Part shown: positions 1 through 16,098 of the stretch, in pieces
How positions within the stretch are numbered: position 1 is the stretch's first letter
How the letters are laid out: each line of letters opens with the position of its first letter
Origin: the human T2T-CHM13v2.0 reference genome, Homo sapiens
Assembly (NCBI RefSeq): GCF_009914755.1
Contig: NC_060933.1
Strand: one strand, 5' to 3'
Length of the DNA: 64,000 nucleotides
Notes under the pieces: model-generated
Told to the model about the DNA's origin: nothing
Database searches by the model: none
The model's input: only the letters and a program-made list of their open reading frames with translations
Program-made: the position numbers and the translations under genes

Positions 1-1071
<1,071 letters not shown>

Positions 1072-1255
1072 TCAGCTAGCACCTAAGGCAGATAAGCTTA
1101 GTTGTTGAGTCATTGTTTATGTCAGAAAGGAGCTTCCTGTTAATATGGTTATATGAATAGTTTCAGAAGCATTAATAACTTAAGCTATAATGGCTTAGAA
1201 TACTTTATGTGTTGTAGAAACTGAATAAATATCAGCTGGTTGATTGTTAGTGTGA

Positions 1256-1390
<135 letters not shown>

Positions 1391-1393
1391 TAA

Positions 1394-1609
<216 letters not shown>

Positions 1610-1630
1610 TAAAATAAACACACTGAATGA

Positions 1631-1846
<216 letters not shown>

Positions 1847-2224
1847 TGACACAGACAAACAGTATTGTGTTCCCGTGGAATGCAGGCCAGGCTTTAGCTT
1901 AACTGAGCAGTAAAACAGGAGAGAAATTGACCTACTGGTAAAGGAGCAAATTATAATTTCCTTCCCTCTGCCATACCCTTAGATCTGTGGGAAAGCACGC
2001 TTCTCGTTGCAGGAAGTAAAGCAGACTTTCATGAGTGCTTTGCTTCATTCTTTCCTCCATGGATGCTCTGAGCACTGAGTCCTTAATATTATTCTGAATA
2101 GATTCTCGGTCAGGGAATGAGCCAAAAGACCTTACTGTTATTTGTTCCCTTAAGTCTGTAGAAACAAGTTTTTTTAAAAATAGTATGTTTTTGCAGACTT
2201 TTGTGCTTTTGTCTTCTCTTTTGA

Positions 2225-2461
<237 letters not shown>

Positions 2462-2731
2462 ATGACAATGGGAAAAGGACTTGAACCTCAAGCTCTCTCT
2501 AAGGAGCTGTTTTCCTCAAACGAGAAGAATTGAAGTGTTTAGTTCTATCATGTTTTCTGCCAATTACCATGCATAGACCCTCAGTAGAATTGGATTTCCA
2601 TGTCAGCCCCCACTCCAGGAAGGCAGCCCAATCCCTAGGTGATGGGGAACCCCTCTCACGGTTGAAAATTTATTACCTTTTTACGCCCTGCCACGAACTG
2701 TGTAGACATTGTTTTTATTAATCTTTTGTTT

Positions 2732-3028
2732 GGCCGGGCGTGGTGGCTCACGCCTGTAATCCTAGCACTTTGGGAGGCCGAGGTGGGTAGATCGCTTGAG
2801 CTCAGGAGTTCAAGACGAGCCTGGGCAACATGGCAAATGCCGTCTCTGCAAAAAAATACTAAAATTAGCTGGTCGCGGTGGCTTCTGCCTGTGATTCCGG
2901 CTACTTGGGAGGCTGAGGTGGGAGGGATTGCTTAAGCCTGGGAGGCAGAGGTTGCAGTGAGCCGAGATTGCGCCATTGCACTCTAGCCTGTGTGACAGAG
3001 CAAGACCCTGTCTCAAAAAAAAAAAAAA
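2732..3028 (+). mobile_element. Alu in PRPF4 3'UTR
   Basis: GGCCGGGCGTGGTGGCTCACGCC...CTCAAAA full-length. Confidence 0.9.
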
Positions 3029-3550
3029 TTTGTTCGAATGCCTTATAGCCTTCCTCACAGCACCCAGGATTGTGACTGACTCTGCATTTTTAATTCTTGA
3101 AACTTGGCTTTCCATAACATGGTACATGCTTCAGGACTACATATGACCCAGAGAGCAAGGTGGCTGAACTATAGTCTGGAAGCCCTCAGGTAAAGAGGCA
3201 CATCTCACCACTCATTGGTTAAACAATGCATCATAGCGAGCACTTTTCCTTTCCCTGGAGAATGGGATGTGAAGCAGTAGACCGCAGCCACGCCGATGGT
3301 TATACAGTGAAGAAGACTTCACCTCTTCCTATTGAGTTTGCTTGGAATGCTGACAGCATCAGGCAACTCTGAACTGAACATTTGCTTTGTCAGAAAATAT
3401 CTTTTTTTTTACTTTGAAGTTTGGCAACCTTCATGTTACCCCAAAGCAAAACCATTGTGTCAGGAGTCAAACAAATGTTTAGAAAGCAAACATGACGTCT
3501 CTATTGTACAACCTCCTTTCTCTTGGCTGTTTAAAGGATGTACTTCGTGT

Positions 3551-3556
3551 ATTAAA
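3551..3556 (+). terminator. PRPF4: Candidate PRPF4 polyadenylation signal ATTAAA
   Basis: ATTAAA about 1.1 kb after the stop, with TGTA motifs upstream; not verified with transcripts. Confidence 0.5.
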
Positions 3557-4029
3557 GGGTACTTTATGTTGAAGTAACGAAAAAACCCTAATGGGTGTTC
3601 CTAAACCTAAACCTTTTCTTTATTCCACATTTGCTACGGTAAAATCCTGTTACAAAACTACCCTATAAAGAATTATTTTCTATAGTTAAGCATTTTCTGA
3701 ATCCTAGCCATTGGTCCATAGAGGTCTCTTTTTTTTGGTTTGGGATATAATGGATGATCTCAAATATGGATTACTCTGATTTATGTCTCCTTAGCACCTT
3801 GTTAACAATTTTTTTTAAAATAGAAGGCTGTTTGCATTTTGGGCCAGACTGCCAGTAAGCCAGGCCTGGACTCAATTACAATTCTTAACTTGTCTGTCAT
3901 GCACCTCTTTTCACCTCAACTATACAGCCTCTGAACTCTCAAATTACACAGTAAATTCAAAAAAATATATAGGAATTTGGAAGAAGAAAAGGTTGTCTAC
4001 AGAGGAGAGTTATTAAAGAAAGGCTTCTT

Positions 4030-4545
4030 GGCCGGGCACGGTGGCTCACGTATGTAATCGCTTGAACCTGGGAGGCGGAGGTTGCAGTGAGCCAAGATCA
4101 CACCGTTGTACTACAGCCTGGGCAACAGAGCAAGACTCCATCTCAAAAAAACTTAATTTGCTGTTGCAGAGAGGTTGACAATGGCTTTGGTCAGCTCTAT
4201 TCTGTGGACCCTGAATGTGTGATATATAGCCAAACAACTGGTTTGTTTTGTTTCATTTTGAGACAGGGTCTCGCTTTGTCGCCGAGATTGGAGTGCAGTA
4301 GTGCGAACACAGCTCACCACAGCCTTGACTTCCTGTGCTCAAATGATTCTCCTGCCTCATCCCCTCATCCTGTGTAACTGGGATCACAGGAGGATGCCAC
4401 CATGCCTAGCTAATTTTTTTGATTTTTTGGTAGAGACACGATTTCACTTTGTTGCCCAGGCCGGTCTCAAATTTCTGGGCTCATGCAATCCTGCCTTGGC
4501 CTCCCAAAATGCTGGGATTACAGGCATGAGTCACTGTGCCTGACC
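4030..4545. mobile_element. Internally deleted sense Alu (4030-4151) and antisense Alu (about 4255-4545)
   Basis: Alu consensus segments in opposite orientations. Confidence 0.8.
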
Positions 4546-5343
4546 TAAACATACTGTTTTTAATCTGATTTCAATTATAACCAAATAGTTGCATTTCCTA
4601 TGTAGTTGTTCAGCTTCTGAATTCTCAGGACTACCCTCTGTTGCTCACTTCACTATTGTTCAGGTATTAATGAATTCTATTTCATAGATTATGATGAAAA
4701 GAACTTTTTTTCTTCTTTGTAGTATGTGTAAAATAATGAAGAACACTGGTGAATTAGCATGCAATTGGATATAATGTGCTAACAAAGATTTTTAGTTTCT
4801 CAGGTTTAAATTTTGCTATTAGTTCCCTTCGACTTGTTTTTCTTTGTTTTTTGGTTGGTCCAAGAGGTAGCAGTTGGGTGAAAACATTTCATCCAAGCCT
4901 TTGACAGAACAAATACCTTGTGGGCTATTTCTTCACAGGAATTAAAACATCATTGTAAGAAAGTGGTTAAGAAGCACAAAGCCAGGTGTGGCATTTGTGA
5001 AAATGGCAAGATAAACAGCCACTGTTTCACAGAACACTTAGTCCCTACCTAGATGGTATACCAGGCACATTCAGATACCTTGTTTAATCCCCACAATCTT
5101 TTGAGTTTATTATTCCCTTTTTATGGACAAAACAGGCTCCAAAAACACTTGCTCAAGTTTAGCCAGCTAGCAAGTGATGGAGCTTGAATTTGAACTGTCA
5201 TCTGACCATTGATGACCTTATGAAGGTTTCACAGGTTCCCCACACTGGCCAGACAAAAGGACCGGTACAGCCAGCATGGCCTGTTTCCTGTACGAAGTCT
5301 GAGCTTTTTAAGGACTCTCCACTTTGTATAATGCCCCCCACCC

Positions 5344-5727
5344 TTTTTTTTTTTTTTTTTTTTAAGAGATGGGATCTCAGCCGGGCGCAGTGGCTCACGC
5401 CTGTAATCCCAACACTTTGGTCAGGAGTTTGAGACCAGCCTGGCCAACATGGTGAAACCCCATCTCTACTAAATATACCAGAAATTAGTTGGGCGTAGTG
5501 GCAGGCACCTGTAATCCTAGCTACTCGGGAGGCTGAGACAGGAGAATCGCTTGAACCCGGGAGGGGGAGGTTGCACTTAGCCGGGATCGTGCCGTTGCAC
5601 TCCAGCCTGGGTGACAAGAGTGAAACTCCATCTCAAAAAAAGATGAGATGAACTCCTAGGTTCAAATGATCATCCTGCTTCAGCCTCCTGAGTAACTGAG
5701 ATACAGGCACGGGCCACCGTGCCCAGC
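5344..5727. mobile_element. Sense Alu (about 5380-5640) nested in an antisense Alu monomer
   Basis: poly-T + gagatgggatctc, then the sense Alu, then the remainder aactcctaggttcaaatgatc...gtgcccagc. Confidence 0.75.
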
Positions 5728-6067
5728 TTGTATACTGCACTTTTGACAAGTCACTTCCATCTCTGAGCTCATGCCCATGTTAAAGTAACTCTCGCACATC
5801 CTGAACGGATGAGGAGCCTATTGTCAACAAGATAGCTATTTGCATTTTTGGTTAGATGATCTTTCATCCTGTGGAACTGGCAACATAAGCATTGCAGCAG
5901 GTGTTAGTATCCCAGACCTCTGAGCCCTAAATGTCAGCAGTGCAATTCACCCCCTCCACTGACTACAAAAGATGCTCCCATGCATTTCCAGATACATTCG
6001 AAGAGGATGGGACTGCCCCAAGCTAGAGCTACCGAATATGAAAACAGGAGACACCATGATGTTCAGG

Positions 6068-6377
6068 CAGCCCTCCCTCTCCATCAGCGGGTTCTAGGAT
6101 TCAACCAACCATAGGTCGAAAATACACTACTGACCATATACAGACTTTTTTTCTTGTTATTATCCCCTACACAATACAGTATAGCAACTTCACATCGCAT
6201 TTATATTGTATTAGGTATTGTAAGTAATCAACAGATGAATTAAAGTATAGAGGAGGATGTGTGTAGGTTATATGCAAACACTACATCATTTTATATCAGG
6301 GGCTTGAGCATCCTCGGATTCAGGTATCTTCAGGAGGTCCTGGGACCATTTCCCCCTGAATATCAAGGGATGACTGT
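6068..6377 (-). mobile_element. MER2-like Tigger-derived MITE
   Basis: End resembles the reverse complement of the MER2 terminus (gtcctgggaccatttccccctgaatatcaagggatgactg|TA). Confidence 0.65.
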
Positions 6378-6951
6378 ATATCCTCACCTATCGGAAAAAC
6401 CCTCAAACTTACATCTTGTCTTATTTGGGTGGTGTATCAACCACTCCAAGGATCTAAGTTCTTTTTTGACTGAAAAGACTCTACCACCTACTAGCTGGGT
6501 GGCCTTGAACAAGGTGGAGCCTCAGTTCCATCTGTAAACTGGGGATTAAGCTTGCTGAGGTTAGTAGGCCTAGTGCAGAGGCCAGTGTTCCTTCCTGGGC
6601 TTTTCTCAGTTTCTCCTGTCCTGAGCTGCCCTCGCCTGTCCGCTTAGCTCAGAGGACATGGTGAGATTATTGCCTAACTTATCTGCCACAAGTTTAAGGA
6701 GCAACACTGTGTAAAGAAATGAAGTCAATGGGGAAAGGTGGAGTCCCAGCTTTAGTGTAATTATCTTTGATGGCACAAATGGAGAGATAGTTGCTAGTCC
6801 CCTAAAGGAATATGTAGGCAGTTTTGCAACTTTGTAATGGAGACTTTTTCTTCATATTGGAGCTTAAACCGTTTGGTTTTTCTAAATGTGAAATATACGT
6901 ATTGGATATTTTGGAGTATTTTGTACATTAAAACACCTGGGGGGAATCTAA

Positions 6952-7434
<483 letters not shown>

Positions 7435-7912
7435 TGATTGGTTCCTGGATTCTATCATGTAAAGTGAAAGCTAGGGTTCCCCCGCTGCCTCCCATGGCCT
7501 GGGATGGGAGTTAAACTTTTGCCTGTGTCCAGCGTTTCCATCTTCTTGAAGCTGGAATTATGGAGCTTGGGGGAAGGGAATCAGAACTCTACCCCATGTC
7601 CATTCTAATCAGGGCCTCTGTATCTGCCGGGAGGAAGAAAGACCTATTCCTCCAAATCCCAGACTTCCCCTAGTCCACTGATCTAACATCGTTCACCTTT
7701 AGATTTCACCTAACACTCCATGAACTACATGCTGGCAAGAGGTGGTCTCATAAAAGCAGCAGCTGAATGAGCACACCCCTTCCTGCTAGTGAGGGCCATC
7801 TGCCACCCCTGGATAATCCTACTCTTCTCTTCCCTCAGTTCTGGCACTCAGCACCAGCCCAGTAAATGGTCGTGGAATGAATAAGTGAATGAATTAATGA
7901 ATACAGAACACT

Positions 7913-7918
7913 TTTACT
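7913..7918 (-). terminator. RNF183: Candidate RNF183 poly(A) signal (variant AGTAAA)
   Basis: Minus-strand AGTAAA about 490 nt after the stop, followed by U/GU-rich sequence. Confidence 0.45.
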
Positions 7919-8406
7919 GCAACCAGTGGCAAGACATTCAAAGAGAAACAAACACACATTTACCCACAGAATTGAAGCTCACTTCCCAATTTTTTTTTTT
8001 TTTTTAGCAACCCATAGTAAAAGAGCAACTCAAAAAAATATGCACTGATTTTGAAGCAGCTCCAGTGAGAAATGCAACTTGCTATTTGGGCTAGTCAGGT
8101 TCCTGGATACCACTGTGCAGCCCTTTGGCACAACTTGCTGTGGAGCTCTGTGGTCAGAACCGCTTCTCTGCCCTTCCATGACGCCACACTCACACCCGGA
8201 GGTCGCTCCACATCTCCCAGTCCTTCAAGCTTTTCGTTTTTTTGTTTTTTTTTAAAATTGTTCCCAGAAGCAAACACATGGCCTGAACAATCCCTGGATT
8301 GTAAAATAAACAACACTACAAAGGAAGACAATACCAAATGAGGCTCCGTAGTCACCATACCCAGCAGCAACCGAAAAAGGTTTGGTTTCTTGTCTGGGAA
8401 CAGCAC

Positions 8407-8985
8407 TCACCCCACACCCCAAAGGAACTGCTTGGTCCAAAAGATGGAGAATATGAGCAACAGAGTGACACTGAGGATGACGGCCATCAGGTAGGCAAAG
8501 ATGCGGAACTGAGGGTTGCGGAAACACTCCCTCAAAGAGTGGTGGCTGGGGATGAGGATGGGCGTAGACACGGTGGCAGAGGCCGTGTCTGGGGGCGGCC
8601 CAGTCTGGCCCCCAGGCTGGGGGCCAAGGTCCAGCGTGTAGACTTGAGGCTGGCGCAGGAAGTAGCGGCTCTTGGGCTGGTCCTTGAGGCACAGCTGATG
8701 GCCTTCCAGGATGACATGGTGGGGCTCCAGGCGGAGCAGGGCGAGCATGGCAGTGTCCGTGGGCAAGTCAGTGACAGGCTGCCCTGAGGCCAGCACTGTG
8801 GGCTGGCGACAGAGTGGGCACAGCAGGCGGCGCCGGGCTGGAGTCACAAGGCTGAGGTGGGCCAGACATTCCACGCAGAAGGAGTGGCAGCAATCCAGCA
8901 TTTTGGGGGTATGGAACGTGTTGTTGAAGGGGTTCCAGCAGACGGGGCACTCAGCCTCAAGCTCCCGGCCCTGCTGCTCAGCCAT
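8407..8985 (-). CDS. RNF183: RNF183, RING-finger E3 ubiquitin ligase with C-terminal TM anchor (192 aa, single coding exon)
   Basis: ATG at 8985: MAEQQGRELEAECPVCWNPF...CCHSFCVEC...CPLCR (C3HC4 RING), hydrophobic IFAYLMAVILSVTLLLIFSIFW tail, TGA at 8407; 579 nt. The acceptor cccccttctgccag| opens the exon at 9022, so the ORF-track extension to 9090 is intronic. Confidence 0.96.
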   Translation of the reverse strand: MAEQQGRELEAECPVCWNPFNNTFHTPKMLDCCHSFCVECLAHLSLVTPARRRLLCPLCRQPTVLASGQPVTDLPTDTAMLALLRLEPHHVILEGHQLCLKDQPKSRYFLRQPQVYTLDLGPQPGGQTGPPPDTASATVSTPILIPSHHSLRECFRNPQFRIFAYLMAVILSVTLLLIFSIFWTKQFLWGVG

Positions 8986-9547
8986 CCTCAGCCACACACG
9001 GGGAGGCTTCGCGGGAGACGTCCTGGCAGAAGGGGGAAAGGAGCAAAGGAACAGCCATGAAGTCCCATCCTTGTGCTTGGCCTGGGGCAAAGTGTTCTGT
9101 GGGTGTTGAAAGGTGTAATCACCACGTTTTACTTAGGTTCAAAAGCGTTTTGTTCTTGATCACCAGTTCCTAACCCATCGAGTTGAGTCAAATGCTCCTA
9201 CAGCCTCCCCTCTGTCAAGGTGAAGGCCTGGGCCACCCCTACCAAGAGCCCCCAAGAGAGCCGGCATTGGAGCAGATGTCGCCCTGGGCTTTGGAGCTGG
9301 ACGCAAATGCTCCTTATGGTCATTGTCTGTGCCCTTGGCTGCCCTGAATCCAGGGAGCTGGGGGTAAGCTGCAGTCTGCGGGTTTTGCTACAGGACAAAT
9401 GTTTCCTTCCCTGCTACCTCAAATCCCTGACTAGCGCAGAGATGGGTTTTGTGAATTCCCTGGTCTGTCCCTCCTATGGGGACAAATGCCAGCCCTCTTT
9501 CCCTCCTCCCCTTGAGCTAGAGGGCCAACCCTCCACATCCTACTCAC

Positions 9548-9800
9548 CCAGTCCTTGGCCTGGCAAGGAAGCCCCTGGAAAGGCCTTTCTCCTTACCTGG
9601 AAGCCTTGCAGAAGCTTCCCTGCCCCAGTCCCCAGATCAGCCCTTCCAGAGCCTCTTCCCCTTCCAGAGCCTCTTCCCCTTCCAGAGCCTCTTCCCCATC
9701 CTCTGCCTACCCTGGCTCCTCCTCCCTCCCTTTGTCCTGGGAAACCTTCAGGGCACGCACCTGGGCTTCTGTGGGCTCCAGGGTGGTCAGGCAGACTACT
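9548..9800 (-). other. RNF183: Candidate RNF183 proximal non-coding 5' exon (two alternative donors)
   Basis: Strong minus-strand donors GG|GTGAGT (exon end 9548) and CAG|GTAAGG (exon end 9597) about 0.5 kb upstream of the coding-exon acceptor; the 5' boundary is a guess. Confidence 0.4.
9641..9697. repeat. 18-bp tandem repeat CCCTTCCAGAGCCTCTTC x3.2
   Basis: Three perfect copies: 9641-9658, 9659-9676, 9677-9694. Confidence 0.95.
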
Positions 9801-12009
9801 CTGGAGGGCCTGAGGCTCCAGTTGCTCCCTCCCCTGAATCGGCAAAGCTTTGGGAGACTGCCTTCTTGCCACCAACCCAGGGGCCTGTCTCCATGGCAGC
9901 ATGCACGCAGCACCTGGGGCTGCCAGGTGGCCCAGTCGGCAGCCTCTTGAGCACACCTGCTTGGAGCCAAGGCCAGAGAGCTTCCTGGGGGGTGGGGTGG
10001 GGAGGAAGATGGGGGACCTGAGTTCCCCCCAGGGCATGGCAACTAATTGAACCTGGAAGCCAAGCACCTGTGAGATTGTGGGCAGTCCCTTCAACACCTG
10101 GAGTCCCTGGTCTGGAAAGGTAGGGTGGCAATTTCGTCTTTGTAGATGTGAAGAGGGTAACTGAGTCTTCTGGGCTTCCTCTCTCTGGGGCCCTCATTTC
10201 TCTTCGAAAGTGGCTGGAACCTCCTCCTTGCACAAAGGGGCTGCCTGCTCAGCACTTTGGTTGCTGTGAAAGTCACCTACTTCGAAGCTTAAGAGCTCCG
10301 ACTATCAGATTCAGTCCAGTCACCCGCTGATCTTTTAATGTGCCTAAGTAACTGCAATCAGCGTGTACAAACCTCGCTGCCTTCTGCTTTGTTCTTAGCA
10401 CACAGCTGGTCAGCCTTCTGAGATCTTAGAGCTGGCCATCCCACCAACCTTAGGGAGTTAAAGCGGGGAGTTGGAGGGAGGCGCACTCCAGCCCAGCTTC
10501 TCCGTTTCAACCAGAAATACTTGGCTTTTCTCTGTTTCTCATATGGGTCATTCGAATAATTTGAAGAGTTGATCTGCTGGGGAAAAGAAAAAGTTTAAAA
10601 ACCAATTCTCCATCTGAACTACTCACTTTGCAGATGAGAGACAAGAAGTGACTCACCCAAAGTCACCCAGCTAGTTAATGGTGACATGGGACCCATGTCT
10701 TCAGACTCATGGTTTTCGTAAAGACAGAAGGCTGCATCCATGCCGTCCCCCTACTCAGTGCGTGTTACTAGCTAGATAATAAGTGTTTGCATGTGATCAG
10801 GAATCCTTCACGGCCAGAAGACTCATGGTAGAAATCCAGGAACTGTGGAAGAGGGGATCTGGGGGAAGGGAGTCTCCCTAGAGCCCCTGATATGACATCA
10901 TCTACCCCGACTGAGCCGATGTCTGAAGCAAAACCTGCTTATACTCTCGGACCTGTGGCTTCCTGGTTTTCTTCTAGACCTCTGGCACTGCTCCAAACAG
11001 GGAAGGAGGAAATGAAGATATGCAGAGGGAGATGGAGCCCTAAGCGAAACTAGGGTAGTTTAGCAGGGCTCTGCACCAGTGCTTTATTCTGCAGTCCATT
11101 CATCCACTCGGACATTATTGAGTGCTTACTCTAGCCCAGGTGCTGTGCAAGGTATTATGGTGAACAAAATAGACATTGTCTTTGACCTCATGACATTTAG
11201 AGTGTAGTGAGGCAAAAAGACATTTAATGAATAATGGGCAATAAATAAATACACAATTTTAATGGTTGTTAATAAAGGGCAAAAAGGAAAATGGGCTTCG
11301 GGTGCTTGGTGGCTGCTCCCAATGAGACCACCAGAGAAGGTTTCTGCAAAGAGATGACAGAAGAGCTGAGACCAAAGTATATAGGAATCCAGCCACGCAC
11401 AGTGGAGGAAGAGCGTTGCAGGCCCAGGGAACAGCATGTGTGGCCCCGAGGTGAGAAAAGCTCTTCCAATTTGAGAAAGTGAAAGGAGCCCAGGGTGATC
11501 AAGGTGTGGTGACCGGAGTAGGCAAGGTGGGAGGGTATAGTACTCGGGACCTGTGAACTCAGGAGCTCATCTGGATTTTATTCCAGGGGTGAGCGGTAGG
11601 GTAAGGTACCTGATCCTATTTCCATTTTTAAAACACCATTCTAGCTGCAGAGCAGAGGACAGGCTGAGAGGGATAAGATCGGGAAGGGAACACCCGTTCG
11701 GGCTGCAGCAGTGTGGCTCAGGCGTGTGATGGTGGTGCAGGTTAGGCAGTGGCAGAGGAGATAAAAGGGGATGGGATAAGTGATATCTTTGGGGACAGAA
11801 TCAAAGCCACTTCCCAAGAAGCAGTGGAGTTCTAGGGATCCAGTTGTAGTTTCTGTCAAGGTTCATGATGCCAGATCCATGGCTATTTAGGGCTGTGATT
11901 CCAGTTGAATTGCTTGACCTCTCTGTGCCTCTATTTCTCCTTGTGCAAAGGAAGCCAAAACTAGTAAAGCTTTTAGTTAGAGCCCAGCACCCAGTAAAGA
12001 CCACAAAGC

Positions 12010-12333
12010 AATGCATGACCTAAAAATGGGACTATGTTCTCAGAAACACATCGTTGTATGAACAGCACAGAGAGTATTTACACAAACCTAGATGGTAGAG
12101 CCTGCTACATGCCTAGGCTATACGGTCTAGCCTGTTGCTCCTAGGCTACAAACCCATACAGCTTATTATGTTCTGAACACTGTAGGCAATTGTAACACAA
12201 TGATAATTGCGTGTGTCTTTCAACATAAACTTAGAAAAGGCAAGGTAAATATATGGTATTATAATCTTAGGTGGCCACCATCACATATGTAATTCACTGT
12301 TGATCAAAACATTGTTATGGATATATGAGGCAG
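12010..12333 (+). mobile_element. Tigger3 (Golem)-type MITE
   Basis: acacaaacctagatggtagagcc...ctcctaggctacaaacc motif typical of Tigger3. Confidence 0.65.
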
Positions 12334-13759
12334 TTGAAATTATTAATGCAAATGGATTTGAGAGAAAGGAAGGGTCAAGGTTGATTTCAAAGCCGTGACA
12401 AAGTCCTCTGCATCAAGCTTTGAGAAGCCCCTGAATCCCAGAGTGTGTTAGAAGCAGATCTTTAATACTTACCAGAGGCCGTAAACTGTATGTAACCTTG
12501 ACTCATCATTTCCCCCACTGGGAATCGATTCCACGGAAACCATCAAGGACTTCTGCAAAGATGTGAGTAAAGAGATGCCCATCCAGGCGCTGGTTTAACG
12601 GTGACGTATGGAGAACTACGTCATCATCCAGTAATAGGACATTGATTAAGTAGATTCTGCTCCATCCATAGGAAGAGATATTATGCAGCCTTTAATATGA
12701 TGTGGTAAAACTATTAATATGGATATATACCTAGGATATAATGTCATTAAGCGAAAAAGAACCAGCAACAAAACCATATTACCATATAATCCAATTTCCA
12801 AAAGTGTGTGTGCAATGGAAAAAATGTCTGGAGAGATAAACAACCAGATATTAGCAGTGGTTATCTCTGGGGGCAAGATTATAAGTTTTTTTTTTTTTTT
12901 TAATTCTCTTACCTGAAAATTCTAACTTTACTCCATCCAGTAAGCTTGTATTACTACACGTCAAGATCTCCTGTTTCCCCCCAAATCAGACCTACCTTCT
13001 CTGAAGTTCCATGGCCAGAACTGTAAAAGGCTGTCCAAGAGGAGGAAGCATCATTATTGCCTGGATCTTTATCTGTGCTGCTCTCCCAGGGATCCACTGC
13101 TGTTTCAGGATCAGCTGGGGAGAGATTCTGGCCATGTATCACCTCCACCCCAAGCCAGGACATCTCAGCTACAGTAAATCCTAAACACCGCCCCAAAGTC
13201 ATCTCCTTGGTCTATGAACAAGTCATCGCCAAATATCAATTGTCCCCAGCATCACTCCATTGTTTTCAACCAAGAACTGGCATTTCCATAGCACTTCACA
13301 GTTTACAAAGGGCCCTGGCCCTTGCTAAGATCTAAGTGTGGTGATCCATCTAGATAGGTTACTAGCCTTTTGGGATTTTTTGTTGTTGTTTGCAGAAAGC
13401 CATTTGATACTCTAAAACCACCCTGTGAGAGAGGCTGAATGGGGAGTAGAAAGGTGCCGGCTTTGGAACCAGATTTGGAACAATTTGTCTTGGACAAATG
13501 GCTTAACCTCTCTGAACTTCATTTTCCTCTGTAAAAAAGGCTAATCATCCCACTCCTACAAGGTTGCTCTGGGGAAGGAATAGTCTATACGGTGCCCAGT
13601 AGAATACGGAAGGCGCTCAATACAGAGTTAGCATGATTATTTTTAGACCCATTTTCTAGATGGGGAAGCCAAGGCTCAGAAGGGTGAGGCAACTTGCCGA
13701 AGTCTTCCCAGCTAAAGAGTGGCTGAGTTTGAAAGATGAACCCAGTAGCCTGCCCTCCC

Positions 13760-14200
13760 AGGCCAGAGTTCACCTGTCGCGCGCTGCACGGCTGCTGCCT
13801 CTCTGGACTCTGGAGCCCTGTGACCCGTCCCTCCGCGACCCTCTCTGTCTCCTTACCTGCTCCCTCGGAGCCGCCTCCTCCGCCTCCGTTCGTGCAGCCC
13901 TGCACGCATGTGCTTTGTTTTCTGACTTCCCAGGCCCGATTTCCAGGTAGCGTGGGTGGGTCTTATTTGCATAGGTCTTAGCAGCGTTTGGCCAGCTCTC
14001 GCTGTTTCAGGTTTTCTTCTTCCTTCTGGTGACTTTGGACCTCCTGTACACCCTGGAAGCTTTGGTTGCTTTGTCTTTCTCCTGTGAGTCACTCTGGCTT
14101 TTTCTCTGAGGGGATCAAGTGCGCTCATCCTTGCAGGCCTCTGTTCTGGGTCCGATTGATCTCCTGCCATCCCCTCGGATTCCACTGTCCTCTGTGCGCT
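13760..14200 (-). promoter_or_regulatory. RNF183: CpG-enriched patch with donor CAG|GTAAGG (13857): candidate distal RNF183 first exon/promoter
   Basis: Local CpG cluster 13778-13905, octamer ATTTGCAT 13965-13972, consensus donor; further strong minus-strand donors at 12473 and 12913. Confidence 0.35.
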
Positions 14201-14617
14201 GACCTGCCTCGACTCCTGGCTTCTGCCGAGATGGATCCTTCCCTATGCTGAGTCCCTGTAACCAAAATACAGATAGCTCTTGCAAAATACTGACAAAAGC
14301 GGCCACTAATACAGCAGAAAAATAGTCGGGAGACGGTTGAGCGTCTGCCTGAAGAGCCAGGGTTCTCAAGCAAGGCACACTTCTAGGTCAGAGTTCAGCC
14401 CTCACTGAGAATCCAAACTCCGTTTAACTACCGATGGAGACTTGAGCAAATTAATTAACTTCTGCCAGCCTCAGTTTCCTCACCTGAAAATGGCCATAAT
14501 AACCTACCTACTTGATCTGTAGATTAAATGAGGTAATACGTGTCGAGATCGCGTAATAACACAGGGCCTGGCAGACAGTAACTCGCTAAATGTTAACCAG
14601 AACTATTATTGTTATAA

Positions 14618-16098
<1,481 letters not shown>

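Noticed and set aside
8986-9090. 35-aa N-terminal extension of RNF183 in the 227-aa ORF call
   Set aside because: It starts at a non-ATG codon and crosses a clear splice acceptor (exon starts 9022); the ATG at 8985 gives the recognised protein
8252-9109. Several overlapping ORFs (146, 149, 132 aa) around RNF183
   Set aside because: Shadow or alternative-frame ORFs of a GC-rich coding exon with no domain signature
9220-10233. 197-aa and 185-aa ORFs with PEPLPL / GRGSGR repeats
   Set aside because: The repeats are translations of the 18-bp minisatellite; no splice or domain support
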